DNA of 62,949 bases, the filler included, from Octopus bimaculoides (Eukaryota), in the NCBI RefSeq assembly GCF_001194135.2. It is 3 parts of 2 records of this genome, joined end to end, with 100 filler letters (N's around TTAATTAATTAA, not from the genome) between each part and the next. Parts side by side here need not be neighbours in the genome. Positions count along the whole stretch, not along the records: positions 23,837 to 52,822 come from NC_068999.1; 2 more parts are not named here. One strand, 5' to 3'. Shown here piece by piece: positions 23,920 through 38,758 of this stretch; position 1 is the stretch's first letter, and each line of letters opens with the position of its first letter. A program made the position numbers and the translations under genes. Under the pieces are notes generated by a model. That model was not told the DNA's origin. It saw only the letters and a program-made list of their open reading frames with translations, and did no database searches.

Positions 23920-24415
23920 CGAGGTCTGATCAACAAGTATCCGGACTGGTGCTATAAAAACAGAACTACAGCACGTACCAATTTGACAATTAATCCCCTT
24001 CAAAGTAGTCCCCTTCGGAAGCCATTCACTTAATCTAGCGCTGTTTCCATTGTTGGGAGCATTCCTGGGACTCCTCGTTTTCTGGGATGATCAACAGCTG
24101 CCTCGTCGCTTTCACATTGATTTCCTTAACGTCCTGAAATCTTCCTTTCAAGCGGGATTTGATTTTTGTGAAGAGTAAAAAGGCGCAAGGGGCGAGATCT
24201 GGGGAATACGATGACTGTCAGACATGGGGAGTGCTGTGCCGAGCCAAAGACGTGCTGCACAAGCTGCGCTGAATAGGCAGGTGCGTTGTCATTGTGCAAT
24301 TGCCACTCACCGAATGCAATTGTGGCCTTTTCCGAAGAATAGCATCTCGCAAACGCCGCAAAAGGCCACGGTAGTACTCCTTGTTTACTGTCTGACCGGG
24401 TGAAGCATGCTCATG
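23920..24415 (-). mobile_element. mariner transposon 3' fragment with one TIR
   Basis: TA|CGAGGTCTGATCAACAAGTATCCGGACT terminus. The minus frame reads GQTVNKEYYRGLLRRLRDAILRKRP...SYSPDLAPCAF..IKSRLKGRFQDV..QQWKQR*..EGDYFEGD*. Confidence 0.9.
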
Positions 24416-24429
24416 ATTACAACTACCTC

Positions 24430-24580
24430 AGTGATCAACTGGTACTTATTTTATCGACCCGAAATGATGAAACGCAAAGTTGTCTTTAGCGGAATTTGAA
24501 CTTACAACTTAAAGACGGACGAAATGTTGCTAAGCAATCTGTCCGGCGTGCTAACGATTCTGTCAAATCGCCGCCTTTAT
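24430..24580 (-). mobile_element. SINE family C
   Basis: Reverse of ggcgg.ga..tggcagaatcgttagcacgccgg...ttcaaattccgc..ag.....tttgc.tttcatc..ttcggggtcgataaaataagtaccag. Confidence 0.8.
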
Positions 24581-24814
24581 AATACCATATATTTAGAGTT
24601 AAGCAGTAGAAGTAGGACGGATAGAACTAATGGTGGTCTGAGAAAACTCCGAAAACTGTGTCGTTGGGGAAAAGAAGCGTCTTAGTCCGCGAAGAGACAA
24701 GTTGTTTACTTGTACTTTGTAAATAGATTATGATTTATTCAACACCATTGTTAATCACCCTATGTCTCTCTCCTGCCCTACATCTTCCATTCTCTCTCAA
24801 ACACAAACGCATGA

Positions 24815-24854
<40 letters not shown>

Positions 24855-26326
24855 GAAGTCTTGTGTACGAAACATTAGCCTTCTGCCTCGAGGCGAAAAA
24901 AGATATTTTACTGCGTGAACTTTTATTGAAAATATTATATTATACATTTACAAACATCAATTTGAAATCGAAAAATAATAACTGCACTTTGGTATTTACA
25001 TATGGGTGGCTTATTTACTACAGGAAATGGATGTCCTTTTCTATATCATATACACCAAACTGAACAATAGAATTTATATGTGTGTATGTATGTATGTATG
25101 TATGTATGTATGTATGCATGTATGTACGTACGTATCTATGTATGAATGTATGTATGTTTGTATATATGTATGCATGTATACACACATATATGGAGAAATA
25201 ATGAATATATATTGTACATATCTATATTTCTCATAAAAAGCATCGTCGACTTCGACGATGTCCTTTCATCAACTGAATTACCTACTTCCATCAACACAAT
25301 TTTGTTTATAAAGGTGGGGGCAAGTCTCATTGTCATTTCATTGTAACTTTGAATCTGTTGCGGCACGTCCATCAGAAGTGACTCAAAATCCAAAATCGCC
25401 AAAATACTTGCGAAAGAATATACAAGTCACATAAATACACTGACATGACACAGACACAGATTTATTACCATAGTCAAATAAACCATAATATTGCTTATAA
25501 GTGGCTACTGTTGGTACTTAAGCCCCACCCCCACCTATGACAGTCTTGAGACTAGGACCGATTATTATCGAAGGTTTCCAGACTACGTGATACCACTTTT
25601 TGTTTTTCATATACATATTGCTTCTAGGATTGCATGGTTCAATGCAGTCCCGATTTTTTTTTTAAAGAATACGATGTGATTTGAGGCGATCAAAGTGTAC
25701 CATTTGGAATCAGACCACCTTTTTTTTTATATCTTCATATCGCATCTATAAAATAAAGTGATATTAGGAAAATTTAGCTTCTATATCTACCATGACAAAC
25801 GACTGCTTAGAGGCTACGTCGTGGATTAGTGTCTATGCAAGATTTCAACATAAGAAACCCCAAAGAAACCTTCATAATACTAGATAAATACCGTGAGGCT
25901 GGGACTTGTGCTAAATTATAGAAACCAGCAGACCTCATAGCTCATTCATCAAAACAAAATGTAGGCTTCTATGTCATATACATTACATTCTTCATAAATT
26001 AATGAACTTTCATCAGCTTGTTCGTTCTGCTATTTGTCTTTTAATGATCCAAAGGACAAGGCCATTAACCTAATTTTGTGTTCACTCATGTCAACTAATT
26101 CGAATCTGATAGTTCAATAAATTGTTGATGTGCAAGTTCAGATAGATGCAGAAACACGTTCATAAACGCATATAAACAATTTGTCCTCATATACACACAG
26201 TTCATGAAAAGTAGAGAAACACGCTTTCTCTTCTTCTTCCGCCCGCTCTCTTTCTCGCTAACTCACCATGTCATCTTTTTTTTAATGCTGTAACTCCCTT
26301 AGTCGTAAGTTTTATCTAACATGTTG

Positions 26327-26371
<45 letters not shown>

Positions 26372-26449
26372 ACATCTCCCTCACCTTCTCCTCCTTACAC
26401 AAATACGTTTAAGTATTGTTCATTATACTCATTCGAGGTATTTCCATGC

Positions 26450-26484
<35 letters not shown>

Positions 26485-26561
26485 ATCATTTAACAATTTA
26501 ACCAACGCAAACACTCTCTTCCACACGCACGCTATATATACACACAACACACACACACACA

Positions 26562-26619
<58 letters not shown>

Positions 26620-26997
26620 AACACAACACACACTCGTCTGGCATCCTTGTATGTGTACATATATCTAACTACATCTATAATTACAGACGCACACACTCAC
26701 TGACACACATACACACACTCACTCACTCACTTACTCACTCACTCACACACTCACTAAGTCACTCACTAAGTCACTCACTAAGTCACTCACAAAAGAGATC
26801 GTTATTTTATATATATATATCTATATCTATAAAGAGATGGTGGTGTTTCCACGTTTGCGATGCCCTCAGACACAACTGACCGTAATTATATAACGTACAG
26901 ATTTCCCTTCCTCTCGCGCCAAACACAAAGACAGATTTGTGTTACTTCCAACACGACAGTTGTAGTCGTCTTACGGTACCGCTATACACACACACAC

Positions 26998-27036
<39 letters not shown>

Positions 27037-27187
27037 GAGAGGGAGAGAGAAATTACGATTATAGATAGACAGACAGACTGACAAGAAAATCGATAGATAA
27101 TAGATAGGTAGGTAGATAGACAGGTCACTAGATATATTTTAAAACTAAGATTCATTGACTTCATTATTCTTTCACCACGTTTCCCTC

Positions 27188-27224
<37 letters not shown>

Positions 27225-27444
27225 TTCTCTCTTGGCCATTTTGTTTATTTTCTGTTTCTCTTGTTTTCCATCTCATCCTTCTTTTTCCCTGTATTACTTC
27301 TTCTCATTCTCTCCCTCTTTCTCTCTTGTTCTCTGTCACTCTCTCCCTTTCTCTCTCGGATGTCTAATCGCCTAAGACACTATTTATTCATGCGTTTCAG
27401 CCAAGTGGCTGCGGTCATGCTGGAGCACCACCATGTTATAAATG

Positions 27445-27688
27445 CGCCCTTTTAAAGCCTAGCAAGGCTCATGGGCCCGGTTTCCCGGTTTCAATGGCGT
27501 ATGTGTTACCAGTTGGACGGGACGCTAGTCCATCGCAGTGTTACTCATTTTTGCCAGCTGAGTGGACTGGAGCAACGTGAAATGAAGTATCTTGCTCAAG
27601 AACACAACGCATCGCCCGGTCCAGGAATCGAAACCACAATCTTACAATCATGATGCTGACACCCTACCCACTAAGCCACGTGCCTCCA
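27445..27688 (-). mobile_element. SINE family B variant
   Basis: The core ccagctgagtggactggagcaacgtgaaat...cttgctcaag.acacaac and the head ctaagccacgtgcctccac lie on the reverse strand. Confidence 0.8.
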
Positions 27689-28191
27689 CTATATATATAT
27701 AGGATACTAAACCTGATATAAGTATTTTCCATACAATGATATCCTTAAATGATAGTTCTTCCTTTCTTTATGTCTATTTCCTTCTCTACCCCCTCTCCCT
27801 CTCTCTCTCGTTCCATGCCAGCCTCCTCCTCATCGTTCTATTATACTCTTTACATATTCTCCTCACCTCCATCGACCTCACCTCCATCTTCTATCACCTC
27901 GGCCATCGCCAGTGTTAGTCTCCATCTCCCCTTCTCTTGGTTTCTAGTCCGTACATGCTTTTCTGTTATCACTCACATTTCTTCCCTCTCTTTTATCTAG
28001 CTTCAATCTGTTACACGCACACACACGCACACACACACACACACGCACACATATACACACACACATACACATACACACACATATACACACCACGCGCGCG
28101 CACATACATACACACATACACACGCACATACATACACATATCTATATATGCTATATATATATATATATATATGTAAGAATGTATGTATGTT

Positions 28192-28235
<44 letters not shown>

Positions 28236-29570
28236 GCTAGCTAGCTAGCTAGCNNNNNNNNNNNNNNNNNNNNNNNNNNNNNNNNNNNNNNNNNNNNNNN
28301 NNNNNNNNNNNNNNNNNNNNNNNNNNNNNNNNNNNNNNNNNNNNNNNNNNNNNNNNNNNNNNNNNNNNNNNNNNNNNNNNNNNNNNNNNNNNNNNNNNNN
28401 NNNNNNNNNNNNNNNNNNNNNNNNNNNNNNNNNNNNNNNNNNNNNNNNNNNNNNNNNNNNNNNNNNNNNNNNNNNNNNNNNNNNNNNNNNNNNNNNNNNN
28501 NNNNNNNNNNNNNNNNNNNNNNNNNNNNNNNNNNNNNNNNNNNNNNNNNNNNNNNNNNNNNNNNNNNNNNNNNNNNNNNNNNNNNNNNNNNNNNNNNNNN
28601 NNNNNNNNNNNNNNNNNNNNNNNNNNNNNNNNNNNNNNNNNNNNNNNNNNNNNNNNNNNNNNNNNNNNNNNNNNNNNNNNNNNNNNNNNNNNNNNNNNNN
28701 NNNNNNNNNNNNNNNNNNNNNNNNNNNNNNNNNNNNNNNNNNNNNNNNNNNNNNNNNNNNNNNNNNNNNNNNNNNNNNNNNNNNNNNNNNNNNNNNNNNN
28801 NNNNNNNNNNNNNNNNNNNNNNNNNNNNNNNNNNNNNNNNNNNNNNNNNNNNNNNNNNNNNNNNNNNNNNNNNNNNNNNNNNNNNNNNNNNNNNNNNNNN
28901 NNNNNNNNNNNNNNNNNNNNNNNNNNNNNNNNNNNNNNNNNNNNNNNNNNNNNNNNNNNNNNNNNNNNNNNNNNNNNNNNNNNNNNNNNNNNNNNNNNNN
29001 NNNNNNNNNNNNNNNNNNNNNNNNNNNNNNNNNNNNNNNNNNNNNNNNNNNNNNNNNNNNNNNNNNNNNNNNNNNNNNNNNNNNNNNNNNNNNNNNNNNN
29101 NNNNNNNNNNNNNNNNNNNNNNNNNNNNNNNNNNNNNNNNNNNNNNNNNNNNNNNNNNNNNNNNNNNNNNNNNNNNNNNNNNNNNNNNNNNNNNNNNNNN
29201 NNNNNNNNAGGGCGAAGGCAATCGATAGACATGAGATAGTTTTGGCTGACGGCAAGTCGTTTAGTACATCATCTCTCCATACTACAGCTGTTTGATGATA
29301 ATGGGAACGATGATGATGATGATGCTGATGGTGGTGTTGGTGCTGCTGACGGTGGCTTCGGCGGCGGCGGCGTCGTCGGTGGCGATGGCGATGCCGGCGG
29401 TGTCGGCAGTTGGTGGTCGTGGTGGTGGTGGTGTTGGTGGTGGTAATACAGTATTTATGTGCTGGTGGTAGTTAAGTCAGTGGTGATTCAGATGTTGTTA
29501 ATAGTGTGGGGGTGGTAGGGTGGTGGTGGTGGTGGTGCGGTGTGTATGCTCATACTCGTATGTATAATGA

Positions 29571-29617
<47 letters not shown>

Positions 29618-29708
29618 CGCGCGTATGATGTATGCATCGGTGATAAGATTATAGATAGACAGATGGATAAACAAACAGCAGACAACTAAATAGATAGATA
29701 GATAGACT

Positions 29709-29747
<39 letters not shown>

Positions 29748-29809
29748 GTTATGTAAATGATATTGGCTTAAGAGCAAAAAATGCTGATGGTGATTAAAGA
29801 GAAGTAGTC

Positions 29810-29851
<42 letters not shown>

Positions 29852-30086
29852 ATGCTGGTCTTATTGGCGANNNNNNNNNNCCCCCCAGTCAGCCTCCTCA
29901 AACGATCAGCAACCGACAGCATCCAGGCCGTGACTCTCCACAATTTCTATGCCTTCGATACATGTGACTTAACGTACTCGTCCCCTGAAATATAAATCAA
30001 CGGTAGAATGGATGATTTCATTGTTACCGCTAACTTATCAAGTTAGTTCATAGAAGTCCCCTGTTTATTGTCTTCGGAACTGCTTT

Positions 30087-30126
<40 letters not shown>

Positions 30127-30284
30127 GGGAACACCAGGCTAGATTGGTAGACAGACATACATACAGACAGACAGAGAAATAAAAAGGTGTGCGTGACTGT
30201 GTGTGTTTGTTTTTTTCCAGTGCTAGTACTCATAAGGCCTGTTACCCGGTTTCTGGAGACACAGGTCCATTTCAGGACTCAAAG

Positions 30285-30481
30285 CCATAAATTTTGAGAG
30301 GCAAGGGCAAGTCGATTATATTGACCCCAATACTTGACTGGAACTTTATTTTATCTACCCCAAAGGGGAGAAACGCGAAGTTTACCCTGGTGGAGATTTG
30401 AACTCAGAACGTAAAGATCCGGAAGAAATGTCGCTAAATATTTTGCTCAATGTGCCAACGATTCTGTTAGCTCACTGCCTT
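30285..30481 (-). mobile_element. SINE family C
   Basis: Same motifs as 24430-24580. Confidence 0.7.
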
Positions 30482-31613
30482 AACAAAATAAAGAACCAGC
30501 CAAATATTCAAATCGATATACCCAATTCTATGCCACTCTTGTGCCTATCTACGAAATCGATAATGTAACATAGTCGTGTTTCTGTTTAAGATCAGCTTCT
30601 TATTATCGATAAAATTCCTGTAACTGCTGCTGTTGTGGTTTTTGTTATTTTTGGCGGTGGTATTATTGTTGGTATATATTTTGTATTTTGCTATATTTTT
30701 TTGTGTTCTTAATGTATGCTTAAACACAGTAGAAAACTCGACAAGCAGAATAACAAAACAAACCGAAACAAAAGGAAAAGAAAACGAAAAGAAAAACTTA
30801 AGCTGAATCTGCTACCCAACAAATTCACTTCAATGCATTCTGGAGTCGTTTGCTAACTATTCTTATATTTACTTGTCTGGGGTGATTATGGTCCTATCGT
30901 CTGACGATTATTCAGAAATCCTAATTATGAAACTTTGTGCAACAATTATAATAATAACTTTGGAGTTTTGTATGTATGTACGTATGTATGTATGTATGTA
31001 TGTATGTATGTATGTGTGTGTGTATATGTATGTATGTATGCATTTATGCATGTATATATATGTATNNNNNNNNNNNNNNNNNNNNNNNNNNNNNNNNNNN
31101 NNNNNNNNNNNNNNNNNNNNNNNNNNNNNNNNNNNNNNNNNNNNNNNNNNNNNNNNNNNNNNNNNNNNNNNNNNNNNNNNNNNNNNNNNNNNNNNNNNNN
31201 NNNNNNNNNNNNNNNNNNNNNNNNNNNNNNNNNNNNNNNNNNNNNNNNNNNNNNNNNNNNNNNNNNNNNNNNNNNNNNNNNNNNNNNNNNNNNNNNNNNN
31301 NNNNNNNNNNNNNNNNNNNNNNNNNNNNNNNNNNNNNNNNNNNNNNNNNNNNNNNNNNNNNNNNNNNNNNNNNNNNNNNNNNNNNNNNNNNNNNNNNNNN
31401 NNNNNNNNNNNNNNNNNNNNNNNNNNNNNNNNNNNNNNNNNNNNNNNNNNNNNNNNNNNNNNNNNNNNNNNNNNNNNNNNNNNNNNNNNNNNNNNNNNNN
31501 NNNNNNNNNNNNNNNNNNNNNNNNNNNNNNNNNNNNNNNNNNNNNNNNNNNNNNNNNNNNNNNNNNNNNNNNNNNNNNNNNNNNNNNNNNNNNNNNNNNN
31601 NNNNNNNNNNNNN

Positions 31614-31647
<34 letters not shown>

Positions 31648-31792
31648 TATATATACAGTGCACTTTTTGCAAAATGATGAGAGCTATTGTCGTGAGTATT
31701 ATAAGTGTCATGGACAAGTATGATGTCGTCACCTTGTCCAAGTTAGATGCGATCCGTACCAGGGACAAGGACAGTCAGAGAAAGTAGTACTT

Positions 31793-31908
31793 TAACACTT
31801 TAGCTTGTAACCAAAATATTCAAATGAGGTCCAGTGATGATCAATTCAAAACAATGTGAATAAATAAGCATTACATCTGACAAAGTAATTTGAATGCTAA
31901 AGAATTTA
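31793..31908. mobile_element. Short member of the piggyBac-like MITE family at 13555-13773
   Basis: ttaacacttttagc ... gaatgctaaagaatt, sharing the internal aataaataagcattacat.tgaca. Confidence 0.55.
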
Positions 31909-33609
31909 GAGCATAGAAAATATGGCTTTCAGTAATCTTAGTCTGCCACGAGCTTATGACTTGCAACACCTTTGATGCACTTAGACCGTCCCTAAATCTG
32001 ACCTGAAATGTTTATGTTGTACCGTCAGTAACGACATATGATGTGCGTGTGTATAACAATATATCATGACACCAAATCTAACCGTATAACAATAAACACT
32101 GTAACAAGAGTTCGTCATCTTATAACCGTTCGCGCAATAACAATCCAATACTTCAACGCAGAATCAATAACGAGACTAACGCTCTCAGTTCGATCTCAAC
32201 TGTCTACTGGCTCTTCTGTTTATAAGACTCATAGAGTCCACTGACAGTCACGTGCAGGGGTCTTAGTTCAGTCCAGAACAATTGACTTCAAAAGCTATAC
32301 AGGACAGACGAAAGAACCTGGATATTTTCAATGGAACTATTGGAAATTTTATCATTAAATGGGATGTTGAGAGAATATAATTCCTACGCTGATATTACGG
32401 TTGAGGTCTTAAATATGTATCAACATCGAATGAAACTGTGTCTGTAGCACAAAAGCAACATTTCCGGATCAGAAAAAGATAGCTCAGCACAACTATGTCG
32501 CTTATGTTTGCGAGCACGTACACAACGATAACATTATTAGAATAAGCTGACACTAATCTCTTTCTATTGAACATTAGGAAATACAACTTAAGTCAACAAT
32601 AAACAAGAAAACAAAAGGAAAAACAGATTATTGCAATAAGGAGGTTTTACAAGGGTACTTGAAACCAGCAACCCAGACCACATAGGAAAAAACTGCTTTA
32701 CATCCCTGGTATGGAGTGCCAGTATGTTGTCAGTGTATAATTCAGAAGCAAAAAAAAAAAAAAAATTCTCTATCAAGTAAATTCTGCTCAAATCACTGAC
32801 AGAATCAGCTTAAAAGCAATACAGGTTACGCAAGACTCAAGCTGAAAACAAATATAAATGAAAGAAATTCACAGAAGGTACGATGTCTTGGACAGAACAA
32901 TCTGGAACAGAATGTGAAAGAATAAAAGAACTCCAGATAAATGTAATCATATTAAAACCGATGAATTGAAAGAATATTAGTAGAGATTAAGAATAAAAAC
33001 TGTAATAAAGTCACAGCTTGTAAAGTCTTCTTCGGGATCACAAAATATATGACCCGAAGTGGACGTCAGCTGGTTTTTATTTGAAATCATATCGGTATGG
33101 AAAATACAAGAGAAAGAATACACCAGTGAAGAAAAGTGATGAAGTGCCCACAAATTTAGTAATCAAGATTCATCATTGGAATAGTTTTCATGCAGTGAAA
33201 AGGTATGTAGAAATCGGCTTGGAACAATTTGTAGTTGGAACTGAATTCATGGAAAAGAGTACGTAATACAATTACATATATGTTACAACAGAAAAAGCAT
33301 CGTGACTGGAACTGTGAAATTCTGCATCGCTTTCTTAAAATCGTTTCGAATGAATGCTTGGTCAAAGAAGGATTTAGATAACGATGTCACCCTCTCATTT
33401 CTATATCGTCGGAATCATTATTTTGTAACATTTTTTACAGTCACCGTAGATGGGCTGCCGAACTAAAATTTTAAAAAGTCAAATGGAAAGTGGGAACAGA
33501 AAGATATGTACATAATAACATACATACAAACAAGTATACTTACCTAAATATACAGGTGCATACATAGTGTATATACACATATAGATATACATATAAGTAC
33601 ATATATACA

Positions 33610-33663
<54 letters not shown>

Positions 33664-34225
33664 NNNNNNNNNNNNNNNNNNNNNNNNNNNNNNNNNNNNN
33701 NNNNNNNNNNNNNNNNNNNNNNNNNNNNNNNNNNNNNNNNNNNNNNNNNNNNNNNNNNNNNNNNNNNNNNNNNNNNNNNNNNNNNNNNNNNNNNNNNNNN
33801 NNNNNNNNNNNNNNNNNNNNNNNNNNNNNNNNNNNNNNNNNNNNNNNNNNNNNNNNNNNNNNNNNNNNNNNNNNNNNNNNNNNNNNNNNNNNNNNNNNNN
33901 NNNNNNNNNNNNNNNNNNNNNNNNNNNNNNNNNNNNNNNNNNNNNNNNNNNNNNNNNNNNNNNNNNNNNNNNNNNNNNNNNNNNNNNNNNNNNNNNNNNN
34001 NNNNNNNNNNNNNNNNNNNNNNNNNNNNNNNNNNNNNNNNNNNNNNNNNNNNNNNNNACTTGTTTCTCAATGACATGGTTCCAGGTTCAGTCCTGCTGCC
34101 TGGCACCTTCGGCAACTGTCTTCTACTAGAGTTCGGCCGACCAAAGCCTTGAGAGGAATTGGAATGAAACATACACACCAGATATTGTCTGCTCTTTTCC
34201 TTAAGTCTTGTATATCAATCAATCA

Positions 34226-34302
<77 letters not shown>

Positions 34303-34826
34303 CCAGGTATTATACTATATTATATTATATTATATTATACAAAGTTATATCATATTTTATCATATAATACAGACATACATGTACAAACATATATGCATAC
34401 AAACATGTGTGTGCGTGCGTGTGTATAAACTGGAGTATTCGTGTCGTTCTGTTTGCCAAAATCGTCTGGCTCGTCTAAGCAGTCTGCAGTAATGAGAGTT
34501 TAAAGGTAAAAAGTGAAAGGTTAACTTACAAATACTTGAAATCGGAAAGAGGGTCAGAACTATGAATGAAATGTGGAGTTGTCGTGTATAGGTGACATTA
34601 ACAATCAGTCGTTAGCGAAGAGTATCGTGGAATGAAATGACTAATTCACTTTTGCAACTGATGGTTAACAGCGGTTTCCGCGAAGGAGGAAATTACACGG
34701 CATTGTTTTCCATTATTTCCCAAACATATCGAAACACTCACTCACAAGCACAGACACACACAAGCACACACACACGCACACACACTTCTCTGTCTATCTG
34801 TCTGGTAATCTACATAGGTTGGTATG

Positions 34827-34896
<70 letters not shown>

Positions 34897-35479
34897 GAAA
34901 GGTCTACAAACAAACACTTTCCTCTCTGGTCAGTCTCTCGTCAACTTTTTCAAGTACCACTTGAAAAGGAGGAAGAGGATAGAGAGGAAAGTGTTGTCGA
35001 ATGAAAGTTTCAATAAAAAATGGGTAAATGTGGCAAGAATGGTAATAATGAAAGACGACACCATTTTAAGCATAGACTTGTAACAAAAAAGACAAAAAGA
35101 GAGAAGGTACTTACTTTCAAGTACCTTTAAAAAGAGAAGCCTGAGGTGACCGTGGTCTTTTCCGTAGGCTTTTCTCTCCACGGATAAACCTAATCTGTTT
35201 CCCGTTTTTTTTACATTGACTGTGATACACGATCCCTATTGATCGCCCTCCCCCTTCTTTTTTTTTCCCCCGCGATCCCTTTTGATCGAAATTATCCTCC
35301 CCCCTTTCCCCACCAAAGAAAAGCTCTACATTCTAATTTGTCCATTTTCTGTATTTAGCCCTGTGTGGCTATAATAAAAAGATATCTATCTATCTATCCA
35401 TCCAGCCGTCCATCCATCTATCTATCTATATAATGGTTGTGTCAACTATGTATATACGTATGTATGTATGTCTCTTCTA

Positions 35480-35870
35480 TTTTTCTTTAATTATTATAAA
35501 TCTTCCACTGAGGAGGGAACCGGTTTCCAACTAAGATTCCAGGCTCCATCTTTGAGATGTAGTTAACACAGACAAATTCACATTTGGAACTTGAGAAAAG
35601 CCTTGCATATTTTTACTGTTCCACTCAAAGACCGCACTTGTAATGTACGAATTAGCAGGTCAACTTCTGTTTCTGGAAATCCCAGCTTATCCAAGTTCTC
35701 CTTTAAGTATTTATTAACAAAACCTACTGCTCCAATTATTATTGGTATGAATATGAATTTATAGTCTGAATATAGAAGCTGGAGGTTTCGAAGCAGTTGT
35801 CCAGAGATATCCTCTTTTTCTTTGATTTTCAAGTTATAGAAACCAGCTTAGACCTTTGTCTCTAAAGCAA
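35480..35870 (-). mobile_element. 3' end of a second RLE-type non-LTR retrotransposon family
   Basis: KIKEKEDISGQLLRNLQLLYSDYKFIFIPIIIGAVGFV...LQVRSLSGTVKICKAFLKFQM* carries the RLE C-terminal K..K.Y..L / IPIIIGA.G pattern, followed by a short 3' UTR. Confidence 0.75.
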
Positions 35871-37356
35871 GAAACTATTGATAATTCTTATTTCTATACT
35901 CCGTATATTAAATGATGATATATTAAATTGCGTGAACAAGAGGGAGAAAAAGTAAGAGTACGTAACATGCTCATTATCATTATTCGAAGATTGCTTCAAT
36001 TGCTGTCAATCTCCTGCTGTATCTTTGAGAGCATGATTGTACAGAATTCAGAAATGAATACATAGGCTTGTATTTATTAGACTGGGTGTGTTGGGCAAGA
36101 AAGGACATGTAATATAACGAAGTAGATACGAAGTCTGCACTTTGCGATTATCTCTAGTCTATGCTTTTGTAAGGGTTTGGTTGTTGGGTGTGTGTATGTA
36201 CAAATGTGATCAATAAAATCAATTTACATTACTCAATTAACATTCATCCCTAAGCAATTATTAAAAAATACGATAATCATTATATATATACATCCACTGC
36301 AAGTTCATACATGCATCCATAAACCTAAATCACTATATCAGAGTCAATCAAAGCAAAATTCTAGAATGTGGTCTTCGTGTACACGTTCTTATATTTCACG
36401 CTATCTTTTGATGAGTACACTCAGGTGAACCAAATGGTATATATAATTAAGCATTCATCTTATTAAAGTTGTATGTGTTTTCGTGTATATGTTTTCAGCT
36501 GAAACTGGGCGATGTTATCCAGTGTAAATATAAACAAGTGTATATAAGCGATGCGTATATAAGCAACCTCTAACCGTGTGTCGGTCGGGAATGTGAAACT
36601 AAGCGACGACTCTCGCAAAAGATTAAACTCTAAGGAAAATCTCTTTTATTCTGCAGCGTTAAGTACATTTTTCGCATAGTTACATATGATACGTCCATCA
36701 TCGGACAAGGCGAAGGAAGATCGGAGTCACGTGATCTGGTGATCCCGACGCTGGAGTCGCTGGGAATTTAAGCCCCCGTCAGTGTTGTAAACAAGAGTTT
36801 CTCTCGTAATACCTGCCCCACTATAGTTAGTCCTAACGAAGCATTCCACATTTAAGTCCGAATAAATATCGCTTTCCGGTATTAATACTGCTTCCATCCT
36901 TAGCTAATATTTAGCATTAAAATTGACGGTACTTGTTGTCAGGTATATATATACGCGTACATACATATAATTATACGCGTATATATATACACATATATAC
37001 ACGCACATACTACTCCATGCATACATATTTGCTAATGTACTCTACGCATGTGTAGCTTCGTATGAGTTTGCATGTGTGAATGTGTGTGCGTGTGAGTGTG
37101 TTTATGCGTGTGTATGTGTACGTGCGCTCGTGCGGTGTTACCTCCACAGCGTAAACAATAATATTAGCTCTAAGATGATCATAGAAATTCATTTCACGCA
37201 AATATCTCAATATCTGCAAATTCCAAGTTATTGTTGTAATCCAAATGAAATAATTCATTAATTTTATTGTGTCATTATCGTAATTATTTTCCATCAACCT
37301 ATTTTAGCCGTCTCACTGTCAGTTCAATCGATATTTACACTACATTGCTCATTGCT

Positions 37357-37616
37357 TCTGCACATCATCATCATCATCATCATCATCGTCGTCGTCGTCT
37401 TCATCATCATCATTATCATCTTGACTAGTATCATCATCATCATCATAATGATCGCCATCATAATTAGTATCATCCTCATTGTCATAATCACTTTCTTTGT
37501 CGACAACATCACCACCACCACTACCACCTCCATCATGAATGTACTCATCATCATCGTCTCCACCATCATAACCACCACCAGCACTAGCACCACCACCACC
37601 ACCGTCATCCTCCTCC
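37357..37616. repeat. Degenerate (CAT/CAC)n tract
   Basis: Direct inspection. It runs into a gap. Confidence 0.85.
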
Positions 37617-38715
37617 NNNNNNNNNNNNNNNNNNNNNNNNNNNNNNNNNNNNNNNNNNNNNNNNNNNNNNNNNNNNNNNNNNNNNNNNNNNNNNNNNNNN
37701 NNNNNNNNNNNNNNNNNNNNNNNNNNNNNNNNNNNNNNNNNNNNNNNNNNNNNNNNNNNNNNNNNNNNNNNNNNNNNNNNNNNNNNNNNNNNNNNNNNNN
37801 NNNNNNNNNNNNNNNNNNNNNNNNNNNNNNNNNNNNNNNNNNNNNNNNNNNNNNNNNNNNNNNNNNNNNNNNNNNNNNNNNNNNNNNNNNNNNNNNNNNN
37901 NNNNNNNNNNNNNNNNNNNNNNNNNNNNNNNNNNNNNNNNNNNNNNNNNNNNNNNNNNNNNNNNNNNNNNNNNNNNNNNNNNNNNNNNNNNNNNNNNNNN
38001 NNNNNNNNNNNNNNNNNNNNNNNNNNNNNNNNNNNNNNNNNNNNNNNNNNNNNNNNNNNNNNNNNNNNNNNNNNNNNNNNNNNNNNNNNNNNNNNNNNNN
38101 NNNNNNNNNNNNNNNNNNNNNNNNNNNNNNNNNNNNNNNNNNNNNNNNNNNNNNNNNNNNNNNNNNNNNNNNNNNNNNNNNNNNNNNNNNNNNNNNNNNN
38201 NNNNNNNNNNNNNNNNNNNNNNNNNNNNNNNNNNNNNNNNNNNNNNNNNNNNNNNNNNNNNNNNNNNNNNNNNNNNNNNNNNNNNNNNNNNNNNNNNNNN
38301 NNNNNNNNNNNNNNNNNNNNNNNNNNNNNNNNNNNNNNNNNNNNNNNNNNNNNNNNNNNNNNNNNNNNNNNNNNNNNNNNNNNNNNNNNNNNNNNNNNNN
38401 NNNNNNNNNNNNNNNNNNNNNNNNNNNNNNNNNNNNNNNNNNNNNNNNNNNNNNNNNNNNNNNGAAAGAGTACAGCAGGGTTCGCCACATATATAAAATA
38501 ACGTTTGTATTCTAAATTATAATTCTCATTAATTTCATAGTAACCTGTCAGTAAGGCATACCGAAACAATGAATCATTTGTCAGTTAGTTGACCTGGCTA
38601 TAGCGGGCAATAAAAATATTGAAGAGGCAATAAAAGACTGCAAAAGAAATCACCATATTACACCGACTCTAGATTTTAACGCTAATTACAAACAGCTATC
38701 AAGTTGCTCCCCACC

Positions 38716-38758
<43 letters not shown>

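Noticed and set aside
25220-25410. Open minus frame ILDFESLLMDVPQQIQSYNEMTMRLAPTFINKIVLME, and a tetraspanin-like plus frame (VGASLIVISL*L*ICCG)
   Set aside because: The minus peptide has no recognisable family and a weak acceptor. The plus frame has two stops in the key motif.
32395-33365. Hydrophobic minus-strand ORFs reminiscent of GPCR helices
   Set aside because: They are explained by T-rich composition, with frequent stops and no DRY, NPxxY or other real motif.
37349-38569. Long ORFs with D/G-rich or poly-I/T peptides
   Set aside because: These are translations of a (CAT)n tract plus an N-run.
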